DNA from: an uncultured delta proteobacterium
GTDB taxonomy: Bacteria > Desulfobacterota > Binatia > UBA9968
Assembly (NCBI GenBank): GCA_963737905.1
Contig: CAVTUQ010000002.1
Span: 448,001-512,000 of the forward strand
DNA: 64,000 nucleotides
Direction: 5' to 3'
The stretch's first letter is position 1, and each line of letters begins with the position of its first letter. A program made the position numbers and the translations under genes. Positions 48,215 to 57,853 of the stretch are shown here, one piece after another. The notes below the pieces were generated by a model. It saw only the letters and a program-made list of their open reading frames with translations, ran no database searches and was not told the DNA's origin.

Positions 48215-49210
48215 ATGGCGACAAAGCTTAAATTTGGATTACTGCTACCCCACTTTTGTGAGCATGCCTCGGCCGAAAGATGTATCGAGGGATCGAAAAA
48301 GGCGGAGGCCTATGGTTTTGACTCGGTGTGGGTCAGAGACCACCTGGTCTTTGAACCGCATGGGATGGAGGGCGAAGATAATACCCACATCGAAGGGCTA
48401 TTGATACTTGCAGCAGTCGCAGCGGTCTGTAAGAAACTAATTCTTGGCACCGGGACGGTGATCGCGCATCGCCACCCGATTCATTTGGCACAAGCGATGG
48501 CCGGGCTAAGCACGATGTGCGACAACCTCATCATGGGTCTCGGACTCGGTACTTTTCCCCATGAATTCGAGGCGGCGGGATATAAAAGGGTAACTTTGCA
48601 GGATCGGGCCAACATAGCGAAGATCAATGCCGAGCTCTGCCGCCGGTTTTGGGCTGGTGAAAAGATTACCTACAAGGACGATTATTACGATTTCAAGGAC
48701 GTGGAGTTAAAGCCGACACCGAAGAACAAAATTCCGATCTGGTACGGCGGCGGCACACCCGCCTCCGTACGGCGGGCAGCGGATTACTGCGACGGCTGGA
48801 TGCCGGGGCGTATTCCCACGGCTACTTTCAACAAGATGGTCAAGTACCTCGAAGAGCAATGCAAGCTAGCGGGACGACCCATGGTCACCACCGGCGCGAT
48901 CCCCATTACCAGTATCGATAAGAACAGAGACGTCGCGCTCAGCAAAGTTAACGTCAAGGGTCTGATCAACGAAGGGAATGCGCCCGCCAAGAAAACTTGG
49001 GTGAGACCGAAATCCGGCACCTTCTCCACGGTCGAGGATATCGAAGGGCTGCTGATGGCGGGAACTCCGGCGGATATCGCTCGCGATACCAAACGATACG
49101 AAGAAGCCGGTCTCAATCATATCGTTTTCGACCTCCGCTTCCGGTACGCCGATTGGTATCAGCAAGTCGACTTGTTGGGTCAAGAAGTTCTGCCGGCGGT
49201 CAGGGCGTAA
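48215..49210 (+). CDS. LLM-class flavin-dependent oxidoreductase
   Basis: AEAYGFDSVWVRDH, LGTGT, IPIWYGG, DGWMP. Confidence 0.9.
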   Translation: MATKLKFGLLLPHFCEHASAERCIEGSKKAEAYGFDSVWVRDHLVFEPHGMEGEDNTHIEGLLILAAVAAVCKKLILGTGTVIAHRHPIHLAQAMAGLSTMCDNLIMGLGLGTFPHEFEAAGYKRVTLQDRANIAKINAELCRRFWAGEKITYKDDYYDFKDVELKPTPKNKIPIWYGGGTPASVRRAADYCDGWMPGRIPTATFNKMVKYLEEQCKLAGRPMVTTGAIPITSIDKNRDVALSKVNVKGLINEGNAPAKKTWVRPKSGTFSTVEDIEGLLMAGTPADIARDTKRYEEAGLNHIVFDLRFRYADWYQQVDLLGQEVLPAVRA

Positions 49211-49216
49211 AAGATA

Positions 49217-49319
49217 GTTCAAACCGTTCAAGACGTTCAAACAGTTCAAATCGTCCGATCCGATTCTTCAATACTTTTTGAACGGCTTGAACGATTTGAA
49301 CGGAGCGAAGCGATTGAAC
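49217..49319. repeat. GTTCAA 9-mer-periodic hairpin element
   Basis: GTTCAAACC GTTCAAGAC GTTCAAACA GTTCAAATC ... TTTTTGAAC GGCTTGAAC GATTTGAAC. Confidence 0.88.
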
Positions 49320-49335
49320 AGTCTTAGGAGTTGTT

Positions 49336-50256
49336 ATGCGGACTGAGAAAGTAAACTTCTACAGCGAAAATATTAAGCTCGCCGGCGTGCTCTACTTGCC
49401 GCACTCCGATCAGGGCAAACCTTATCCCGGAATCGTTCAGGGACCCGGCTTTCTCGGACTAAAGGACGCTAAACATTACATCATGATGTTCGAGAAGCTC
49501 TGTGCAGCCGGCTATGCCTGCCTTTGTTTCGATTATCGCGGTTGGGGCGATAGCGAGGGGCAGGAACGCGGCTGGGTCATGCCCAAGTGGCAGGCGGAAG
49601 ACATCCGCAACGCCATCACGTTCATGCAGACCCGCCCGGAGATCGATGCCGACCGCATCGCCACCTATGGCTCGGGCGGCACCGGCGGCGGCAATGCCGT
49701 CTACGTTGCTGCCACTGATTCTCGCGTTAAGTGCTGTGTTAGCTATCTCGGCGTCAGCAGCGGCCGCGATTGGCTGCATTCGATGCGCCGTGAGTATGAA
49801 TGGGTCGACTATTTGAAGAGCATCGAGGAAGACCGAAAGAAACGGGTTCTCACCGGCTCCGGCGCCATTGTCAGCGCACGCGAGGGTGGCATCATGGTGC
49901 AAACCCCGGAGCGCCAGACGACGACGATAAAAAAAGATGTTGCGGATAAAATCCCCGATGCCATGCCTCTGGCATGTGCCGAGGCGATTTTGGAATACAG
50001 CCCCATCGATGTCGTCCATAAGATTTCTCCGCGTGGCGCGTTGTTCATCGCCGTGGAAGGCGATGCGGTCACACCGGAACAGCAATCGTTTGATTTATAT
50101 GAAAAGGCGGGAGAACCCAAAAAATTAATTCTTTACAAAAAAACCACTCACTACGGTATTTATAATGATTACTTTGACGATGTCGCGGCCAATGTCATCG
50201 ACTGGTACAACCGCCATCTCAAGTACCACAAGGTCGAAATCACCGAAAAGAAATAG
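49336..50256 (+). CDS. Alpha/beta hydrolase
   Basis: FDYRGWGDSEG, IDADRI, GDAVTP, THYGIY. Confidence 0.85.
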   Translation: MRTEKVNFYSENIKLAGVLYLPHSDQGKPYPGIVQGPGFLGLKDAKHYIMMFEKLCAAGYACLCFDYRGWGDSEGQERGWVMPKWQAEDIRNAITFMQTRPEIDADRIATYGSGGTGGGNAVYVAATDSRVKCCVSYLGVSSGRDWLHSMRREYEWVDYLKSIEEDRKKRVLTGSGAIVSAREGGIMVQTPERQTTTIKKDVADKIPDAMPLACAEAILEYSPIDVVHKISPRGALFIAVEGDAVTPEQQSFDLYEKAGEPKKLILYKKTTHYGIYNDYFDDVAANVIDWYNRHLKYHKVEITEKK

Positions 50257-50265
50257 GAGCTTCTC

Positions 50266-51288
50266 ATGAATAAGATTTCGTTTGGTGTAAGAGTGCCGAA
50301 CTCCGGTCCGCTCTCCAGCATTGAAAACATCGTCAACGCCGCCAAGTCCGCCGAAGAATTGGGATTCGATGCCATCTGGGTTCACGACCACGTGGTCTGG
50401 AGCACCGAGATGCACCGCCATCATATCTCTTCCGGTGCCTTCGAAGCGATCAGCGATTCACAGGAGGCTAATTTCTTCGAAGCCACCACGATCCTCTCAT
50501 ACCTGGCAGCGGAAACGAAAAAAATTGTCCTCGGCGTGGCTTGTTTGGTTATGCCCTGCCGCAATCCGATTTATGCTGCAAAACAGTACTCGACGTTAGA
50601 TCATTTGGCCAACGGCCGGTTGCTGGTCGGCGTCGGCCTCGGCTCCAAGGCGACACGCGAGTCGGATGAATTCGGCGTGTTCGGCGTGCCCTATGAAAGA
50701 CGCGGTGACCGCGCCGATGAATATATTGAGGCGATGAAGGCCGTTTGGACCCAACCCTTGGCATCCTATAAAGGGGAGTTCATCGAGTTTAAAAACGCGG
50801 AAGTTTATCCAAAGCCGGTTCAGAAACCTCATCCACCGGTTTGGGTGGGCGGTTGGATGAAGCTCGCCGCCAAACGCGCCGGCAAATACGGCGAAGGCTG
50901 GATCCCCGGCTGGCTTTCCCCGAAAGAAATGAAAGTCGGCTGCGACATCTTGGCCCAGACTGCCCGGGACAATGGGCGCGATCCTTCGAAGATTACCATT
51001 GCAGTGGAAAAACTCGCGACGATTGCGAAAACGCGCGAGGAGGGGCTCAAACTCGCCATGCCGACCTTGAAGACCAGCAGCGAGAGCTACGAGCGCGACA
51101 TCGACAGCATGCAGTTCGCTCTCGACCGCCACATTTTCGGGTCGGTGGACGATGTGCGCCGGCGGATCGATGAATTTATCGAGAACGGCGTGCAGCACTT
51201 CGAGCTCAAGATTATCTATCCCACGATGGACAGCTTGCAACAGCAAATGGAGCTCTGGGCAGAGAACATTCTGCCGCGGTACAATTGA
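50266..51288 (+). CDS. LLM-class (possibly F420-dependent) oxidoreductase
   Basis: AEELGFDAIWVHDH, TLDHLANGRL, PKPVQKPHPPVWVGG. Confidence 0.9.
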   Translation: MNKISFGVRVPNSGPLSSIENIVNAAKSAEELGFDAIWVHDHVVWSTEMHRHHISSGAFEAISDSQEANFFEATTILSYLAAETKKIVLGVACLVMPCRNPIYAAKQYSTLDHLANGRLLVGVGLGSKATRESDEFGVFGVPYERRGDRADEYIEAMKAVWTQPLASYKGEFIEFKNAEVYPKPVQKPHPPVWVGGWMKLAAKRAGKYGEGWIPGWLSPKEMKVGCDILAQTARDNGRDPSKITIAVEKLATIAKTREEGLKLAMPTLKTSSESYERDIDSMQFALDRHIFGSVDDVRRRIDEFIENGVQHFELKIIYPTMDSLQQQMELWAENILPRYN

Positions 51289-51294
51289 ACAGCC

Positions 51295-51368
51295 GTTCAA
51301 GGTTCAATAGTTCAAGGGTTCAAGGTGAGCGAGCGAGAACATTGAACCCTGAACTCTGGAACTATTGA
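51295..51368. repeat. GTTCAA-periodic hairpin element
   Basis: GTTCAAG GTTCAATA GTTCAAGG GTTCAAG ... TTGAAC CCTGAAC TCTGGAAC TATTGAG. Confidence 0.85.
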
Positions 51369-51387
51369 GACGGCGCGAAGCACATTT

Positions 51388-51864
51388 ATGCAAATTTCAC
51401 TTACAACTGAACGGCAACCGATGGAGGTCGAGTGCGAGCCGCAGGAAACTCTCGCTGAAGTTCTGCGCAACACGCTCAATCTAAACGGTACGAAGGTTTC
51501 CTGCGAAGTCCAGGTTTGCGGCGCCTGCACGGTATTGGTGGATGGTCTGCCCGTCAGCGCGTGCACCTATTTGGCCTACGAAGCGCGCGACAAAAGTGTT
51601 ACGACCATCGAAGGATTGGAAAAACCCGACGGCACGCTCCATCCACTGCAGCAAGCGTTCATCGATGAGTTTGCCTTTCAATGCGGCTATTGCACGCCCG
51701 GCATGATCATGTCGGCAAAGGCCTTATTGGATGAAAACCCCAAGCCCACGCGCGATGAGATCATCCATCACATGGACGGCAACATCTGCCGTTGCACCGG
51801 CTATGTGCCTATCGTCGCCGCGATTCAGCGCGCGGCCGAAGTGATGGCTAAGGAGAAACGATAG
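51388..51864 (+). CDS. Molybdenum hydroxylase 2Fe-2S subunit (CoxS-like)
   Basis: CEVQVCGACTV, QCGYCTPG, NICRCTGY. Confidence 0.93.
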   Translation: MQISLTTERQPMEVECEPQETLAEVLRNTLNLNGTKVSCEVQVCGACTVLVDGLPVSACTYLAYEARDKSVTTIEGLEKPDGTLHPLQQAFIDEFAFQCGYCTPGMIMSAKALLDENPKPTRDEIIHHMDGNICRCTGYVPIVAAIQRAAEVMAKEKR

Positions 51865-54192
51865 TGAGCGACGAGAAAAAGATCGACTTTCAGGTCGTCA
51901 ACCACTCCGTGCCCCGCCGCGACGGCCGGGTCAAAGTCACCGGCAAGGCCCAATACGTCGCTGACCTGAAGCTCATCGGCATGGCTTACGCCAAAGTACT
52001 GCGCAGCCCTTATGCCCACGCGAAAATTATTTCCATCGATAAGTCGCGGGCGGAATCACATCCCGGTGTTTATTGCGTCGTCACGGGTTACGACCTCGAA
52101 GGGATCAATCCCTATTATGGTCACGCCGTGAAAGATCACCCGCTCCTCGCCATCGAGAAGGTCCGTTATGCCGGAGAACCGGTGGCCGCCGTCGTGGCGG
52201 TCGACGAACGGACCGCGTTCGAAGCGCTGGAATTCATCGACGTCAAGTACGAAGAACTGAATGCCGTCTTTACGCCACAAGAAGCTCTAGCCCAAGACGC
52301 GCCGCTATTGCACGAACGGAAATTCGAGGCCGGCGCCCTACGCGGTTTCGAAGGCGATGTCACCGCCGGTAAAGGGACGAATATCTGCCAAACCCATAAA
52401 ATCCAGTGGGGCGACGTCGAAAAAGCTTTCAAAGAAGCCGCGGCCATGGTCGAGGGCAACTATTATTTTCCCATGGCCTATGCGTACGCCATGGAACCCT
52501 ACGTCGCCATCGCCGAAGTTAACGATCAGGGCGTAACTATTTACTCCTCGGCGCAGCATCCCTTCATGGTGCGCCACGATTTAAAGTCGGTCTTCAATCT
52601 GCCCGTCAGCTCGGTCCGCTTGATCGTCCCGTTTGTCGGCGGCGGATACGGCAGTAAGTCCTATACCAAGATCGAACCGTTGGTCGCCGCTTGTTCGTGG
52701 AAAGCGAAACGGCCGGTCAAACTGCAGCTTACCGTCGAAGAGGCGATGCTGACGACCCGCAGCGACGATGCGTACACCTGGATGCGTACCGCCGTGGATG
52801 CCAATGGCAAGATCATCGCGTCGTCAAGCGAAGATTGTAATGAACACCGGGGCCTATGCGGAGAATAGCCCGCTGGTCGTGGAGAAATCGACCAACCGAT
52901 GCGTCGGCCCCTATGCGATCCCCAATGTCCTGATCGAGAACGCCTCGCTCTATACCAATACCGTTCCCGCCAGTTCTTATCGCGGCTTCGGTTGCGCCCA
53001 GGTAACCTTGCCCGGCGAATCGCAGATCGATGAACTGGCCGCAAAGATCGGGAAAGATCCCTACGAGTTTCGCTTGGCGAATGCAGCGAAGCCGGGCGAG
53101 GAATTTTTCCCCGGCATGCGCCCATTTGACGGCACGCTCAGGGAAGATTTAGAAACCGCCGCGAAGGCGATCGGTTGGGGAGAACCGCTTCCCAAAGGCC
53201 ATGGCCGTACCGTCGCTTGCTCTGGTAGCGACGCCGGCGCCTATCCGCTAACGTCCACCGCTATCCGCGTCCATGCCGACGGTTCAGCGACGATCATGAC
53301 CGGCAGCACAGAGTTGGGTCAGGGAAGCCACACGGTTCTGCCGCAGATCGCCGCCGAGGAATTGGGCATACCCTTCGAGAAAGTCCGCGTGGTCTCTTCC
53401 GATACCGCCATCACGCCCTACGATCGTTCCACCGGCGCGAGCCGCACGACCACCCTAATGGGTAGCGCCGTTCTCGAAGCGAGCCGCGAAGCGATTCAGC
53501 AGATGGTCGTCATGGCCGCCGACGTGCTTAAAGTCAATACCGAACAGATCCAAGTCGTTCGCGGCGGCGTGCGCTGCGGAGAAACGCAATTAACCTGGTC
53601 GGAAGTCATCAGCAAGTTCTACGCTTTGCCGGATGGCGAAGTGATCGGCCGGGCCTATATTCGAAAATCCGGCAGATTTTCCGCCCTGCCGGTTTTCTGG
53701 GAAACGGCGGCCACGGGTGTCGAGATCTCCGTCGACGAAGAGACCGGTAAGATCACCATGGAGAAACTCGCCACCGTCGGCGATGTAGGACTCGCCATCA
53801 ATCCGGCGCTGGCCGAAGGCCAAGACATCGGCGCCGCGACCATGGGTATGGGGATCGGTCTTTTTGAAGAGCTCGTCTACGAGGGATCGCAATTGGTCAA
53901 CGGATCGATCTTAGATTATCGCCTCCCGCGCTTTTCCGATTTGCCGAAGGAAGTAGAGCTTCATCTGGTGCAAAACCAGGACGGGGTCGGTCCCTACGGA
54001 GCCAAGGGCGGCGGCGAAGCCTCTTTGAACTCCATGGCCGCCAACATCGCCAACGCCGTCGACCGCGCCGTTGGCGTGCGCATCCGCCAAGCACCGCTCA
54101 CACCCGAGAGAGTCTGGCGGGCGATGAAAGATAAGAAGCAGTTCAAGTTCAAGGATTCAAAGTTCAAGGAAGAAGATTCCGGAACTCGTTGA
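51864..54192 (+). CDS. Xanthine dehydrogenase-family Mo-binding subunit (frameshift near 52820)
   Basis: KVTGKAQY, LRSPYAHA, GGGYGSK, YRGFG, ELGQG, GAKGGGE. Confidence 0.9.
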
Positions 54193-54215
54193 ACCTTGAA
54201 CATTGAACCTGGAAC
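54141..54215. repeat. GTTCAA-periodic hairpin overlapping the Mo-subunit 3' end
   Basis: GTTCAA GTTCAAG GATTCAAA GTTCAAG ... TTGAAC CTTGAAC ATTGAAC CTGGAAC. Confidence 0.85.
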
Positions 54216-54226
54216 GAGCAATATTT

Positions 54227-55081
54227 ATGATGCCCTTAAGACGTTTCACGATTCATCAACCGAAGACCATCGCTGAGGCGTCCCAGATGCTCGGCGAGTT
54301 TGGCGAGAAGGGCCGGCTCTATGCCGGCGGTACCGAGCTCTTGCTCGCGATGAAGCATGACCTGCTGCGTTATGAGCATTTGGTCGACGTAAAGGCAATT
54401 CCCGATCTGAATAAAATCGAATTGAAAAATGGCGCGCTCACCATCGGCAGCACCGCAACTCACCGCTCCATCGAACGTTCGGCGGTTGTAAAGGAAACCT
54501 TGCCGGTGCTTGCTCAAACGGCAACCCAGGTCGCCAACGTGCGCGTGCGCGCAAGCGGGACTTTGGGCGGTAATCTGTGTTTTGCCGAACCGCACTCTGA
54601 TCCGGCGACCTTGTTATTGGCTCTGGGCGGCAGAGGGCGAGTGCAAGGAAAAGCTGGAACAAAGACCGTAGGGATCGACAAGCTCATTACAGGCGCCTAT
54701 GAAACTTCGCTAGCCACTGATGAACTCTTGACTGGAGTTGAGATTCCGATACCCGCAAAATCCCAACGAGCCGCCTATCTGAAATTTCAACTGCACGAAC
54801 GACCAACGTTGGGATTGGCCCTGGTGCTAGATCTTGATGGAGATAACATCAAGGCAGCTACCGCGGTCGTCGGAAGCGTCAGCGCGGTCCCAACCCAATC
54901 CGCCAAGGCCAATGCGCTCTTGATTGGTTCCAAAGCGCAAGTCGAAAAGCAACTACTGGACGCAGCAGAAGCTCTGGCCCAAGCTGCCGATCCGGTAGAT
55001 GATCTCGAAGGCAGCGCCGAATACAAACGCCATCTGATCGGGGTATTTTTGAGGCGAGCGTTTGCTCAGGCATTGTCCTAA
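54227..55081 (+). CDS. Molybdenum hydroxylase FAD subunit (CoxM-like)
   Basis: AGGTEL, RVRASGTLGGNL, GSAEYKRHL. Confidence 0.92.
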   Translation: MMPLRRFTIHQPKTIAEASQMLGEFGEKGRLYAGGTELLLAMKHDLLRYEHLVDVKAIPDLNKIELKNGALTIGSTATHRSIERSAVVKETLPVLAQTATQVANVRVRASGTLGGNLCFAEPHSDPATLLLALGGRGRVQGKAGTKTVGIDKLITGAYETSLATDELLTGVEIPIPAKSQRAAYLKFQLHERPTLGLALVLDLDGDNIKAATAVVGSVSAVPTQSAKANALLIGSKAQVEKQLLDAAEALAQAADPVDDLEGSAEYKRHLIGVFLRRAFAQALS

Positions 55082-55395
55082 TTTCCCACCATGCATGTGA
55101 GTGATTTTAGTTCTCTTAGCTGAAGCAACCAGCTTAAGGGAGAGAAACCTTGCATTAGCGCTTGCGCCAAAAATCAACTTGAAACGACAATTTTTCCTTC
55201 AATCTGACCTGGACGGTGACCGATTTAACAACAGCGATAACGAATTTGTCCGCCTGAATGGAAATGGCAACGCGTCAGACTTGCTTTTTCAGCTAGATTC
55301 ACCTCCTTTTGTTTCTTGCACGATTCTTGCTGCGAAGTCCTTCATTGACTACGCCATAGCTGATCCCAACAGAGACCTTTCCCGCGGGAGGTGTT

Positions 55396-55542
55396 ATGGA
55401 TCTTTTTAGGGAATTTCTCCGGCGATTATCAACTGAGCTTAATCCATTTTGGAAATGGACCATCAGACATTGGCCCGTGGTCGTAGTCTCCCTCATCGCC
55501 GCATTCTTGCTGGCAAAATATTGGAACAAACGGAAATCGTAA
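55396..55542 (+). CDS. Small single-pass membrane protein (48 aa)
   Basis: RBS GGAGGTG; MDLFREFLRRLSTELNPFWKWTIRHWPVVVVSLIAAFLLAKYWNKRKS. Confidence 0.6.
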   Translation: MDLFREFLRRLSTELNPFWKWTIRHWPVVVVSLIAAFLLAKYWNKRKS

Positions 55543-55704
55543 GAACTGTCGCACCCCACGACCGGGGAACAAATACCTGCACAACGTTTGGCTCCAGTCC
55601 TTCACCGATCCGCTTTTCGCGCACCTCAGATTCTTGACCCTTGGCCATATCCTGAGATAAGTTTTCCGCAGATAACGGTGATTGAATAATTTAAGGGGGA
55701 TCAG

Positions 55705-56157
55705 ATGACCGGCGAGAAAACCGTAGACACTATCACCTTTCGGATTCGGCACACGATGATCCTGGTCAGCGATCTCGACCAGAGCATCGACTTTTACACT
55801 CGCCTTCTTGGCATGGATATCCAGCGCATAAGGCCCAATCCGGAGAAGCACGAGCGCGTCGGTTACCTTGGCTACGGCAGTGAGGACGAGAATCCGGGAC
55901 TGGAATTGATCGAGACGGGTGGCCCTGGTCACGTCAAAGAAATGCGCCCATGGTACGGCCATGTCGCCTTGTATGTTTCCGATCTCTACAAGTTATCCGA
56001 AAAGTTAAAAGCGGCGGGAGTAAGATTTACCCTCGCTCCCCAACCTAACCGGCCTGGCAGCCAAGACCACGTGGCATTCATCCTCGACCCCGACGGTTAC
56101 ACCCTGGAACTCACCGAGCGTCACTCCAAGAGCGGACTACCGTTGCAGCGTCCGTGA
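55705..56157 (+). CDS. VOC/lactoylglutathione lyase-like protein
   Basis: HTMILVSDLDQSIDFYTRLLGM, GHVALYVSDL, DPDGYTLEL. Confidence 0.88.
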   Translation: MTGEKTVDTITFRIRHTMILVSDLDQSIDFYTRLLGMDIQRIRPNPEKHERVGYLGYGSEDENPGLELIETGGPGHVKEMRPWYGHVALYVSDLYKLSEKLKAAGVRFTLAPQPNRPGSQDHVAFILDPDGYTLELTERHSKSGLPLQRP

Positions 56158-56174
56158 TCCCGTATTTGTTTATC

Positions 56175-57272
56175 TCAACGAACGAAAAGCTCTCGATATC
56201 GACGGCTATACTCTTCTAGCTTTTCGGCGAGCTGAACGCGGCTCGGAAAAACCTTGAGATGCGCGGGATAGCCTTCCGGCTTTAGACCCGGCCTTGCCGA
56301 CTCCCTGCCTCTCTGGATAAATATCCTTTGTCCTTCGTCGGAGATGGCAAAGTCAATGAACAGCTTCGCCGCGTTCAAATGCGGTGCGTGATTAACCACA
56401 CTGATGGGGTGAGTCGCCACGATGCACGGTTCAAAAGCGATCCAGTCGACGGGCGCGCCTTGCTTCTTCATCAAGTGTGGCCGGTACCAGTAGGCGACGA
56501 TCTGCAAGTCATATTCTCCTGCTCCTAGGAGCTGGGTAGCCAGCGAGCGCCCGTTGCGGATTGCGATTTCTTGCTTGGCGAGCGCTTGCATAAACTCCAG
56601 ACCCTTTTTCTCGCCGACGAGGTAAAGCATATTGGCGAACCAGCGATCTTCGTTCTGGTCCAGCACCATGCGACCCTTCCAGCGCGGATGAAGCAAGTCC
56701 TCGTAGCGCCTCGGCAGTTCATCCCGCTTTACCTTCTCGGTGTTGTAAGCGGTGACGATCAAGTTGTCGTAAAGATCCGTCCAATAACCCTCGGGATCTT
56801 TGAATCCTTCGGGATAAGCGACGGCAAACGGCGACTTGTAGGGCGTGACGAACCCCATCTTTTGCATATGATACGTTTCGAATTCTCCCACGCTCACGGT
56901 GTCGGCCGTATACGTTCCGGTCTTTCGCTCCACATTCATACGGCTAAGGATTTTCTCATGGGTGGAGCGGAAAATGTCGGTTTTAAGGAACGGGTATTTT
57001 CTCTCGAATGCAGCGGTTAAAGACCGCGCAAACTCAGTTTCCACGGACGTGTAGAAGACCAGTTGGCCTTCTCTCTTCGCGCCCTCGATCAACTGACGCT
57101 GTTGTCCATCACCCTCGGCACCATGGAGCGGAGTGCCGAGCAAAGACCAAGAAAGCAACGCCATCCAAAAAATGAATTGGCTCACGATTCTCACCTCCCT
57201 TACGCGCATCTTACTTACGGCGACCCCTTTGAGATGAACGCGCCTGGCTTCTTCGCGTCGCGGCCTGTTCAC
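56175..57272 (-). CDS. Extracellular solute-binding protein (AfuA-like); start uncertain
   Basis: GAKREGQLVFYTS, YEDLLHPRWKG, APHLNAAKLFIDF. Confidence 0.85.
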   Translation of the reverse strand: MNRPRREEARRVHLKGVAVSKMRVREVRIVSQFIFWMALLSWSLLGTPLHGAEGDGQQRQLIEGAKREGQLVFYTSVETEFARSLTAAFERKYPFLKTDIFRSTHEKILSRMNVERKTGTYTADTVSVGEFETYHMQKMGFVTPYKSPFAVAYPEGFKDPEGYWTDLYDNLIVTAYNTEKVKRDELPRRYEDLLHPRWKGRMVLDQNEDRWFANMLYLVGEKKGLEFMQALAKQEIAIRNGRSLATQLLGAGEYDLQIVAYWYRPHLMKKQGAPVDWIAFEPCIVATHPISVVNHAPHLNAAKLFIDFAISDEGQRIFIQRGRESARPGLKPEGYPAHLKVFPSRVQLAEKLEEYSRRYRELFVR

Positions 57273-57850
57273 AATTTAGAAACAAATCCGCTGCCCTTGA
57301 TGAGAAAGCGCCAAGGCTTGTGCTTCCACTTGCCGGCATAATCGACGCCGATGCGCGGTCTTGCTACGATGCCTGGTGTCGAATCACCGTCATCGCGCAA
57401 ATACAGGACACTGCCACAGAGATCGCTGCCGTTTAAAGCACGGTCAATGGCAAAAGCCTCACAGAGCTTTCCCGGACCACTCGCGAACTGGCGCGGCTCT
57501 TCGATGCCCCTTCGTTTCTTCATCAAGGCGATTCCTTTAACGGGCTCCACCGCGCGGATTAATACCGCCGCAGGAAAATCCTTTTTGTCCGTGACGATGT
57601 TGAGCATGTGATGGAAACCGTACACGAGGTAGACATAAGCATGCCCCGCCGAGCCGAACATGATTTCCGTCCGTGCGGTGCGCCCGCGTGACGCATGGCA
57701 TGCTTTGTCTTCAGGTCCGACATAAGCTTCGGTTTCAACAATCCGGCCAATGGTTGTACCGTCCGGATGCTTTCTTACCAAGTACTTGCCAAGCAGCTGC
57801 CGGGCAACATCAAGGGTGGATTGCTCGTAGAACGAACGGGAGATTTTCAC
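57269..57850 (-). CDS. mpg: DNA-3-methyladenine glycosylase (MPG/AAG family)
   Basis: GRIVETEAY, AYVYLVYG, AVLIRAVEP, GPGKLC, PRIGV. Confidence 0.93.
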   Translation of the reverse strand: MKISRSFYEQSTLDVARQLLGKYLVRKHPDGTTIGRIVETEAYVGPEDKACHASRGRTARTEIMFGSAGHAYVYLVYGFHHMLNIVTDKKDFPAAVLIRAVEPVKGIALMKKRRGIEEPRQFASGPGKLCEAFAIDRALNGSDLCGSVLYLRDDGDSTPGIVARPRIGVDYAGKWKHKPWRFLIKGSGFVSKL

Positions 57851-57853
57851 GGC

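Noticed and set aside
49217-49319. GTTCAA repeats as a CRISPR array
   Set aside because: Units are 7-9 nt, inverted, with no unique spacers and no cas genes
51388-55081. Aerobic CO dehydrogenase
   Set aside because: Lacks the form I AYxCSFR motif and cox accessory genes
55090-55310. Minus-strand RBS AAGGAGGTGA followed by a short hydrophobic-basic frame
   Set aside because: No canonical start and an early stop; at best a decayed remnant
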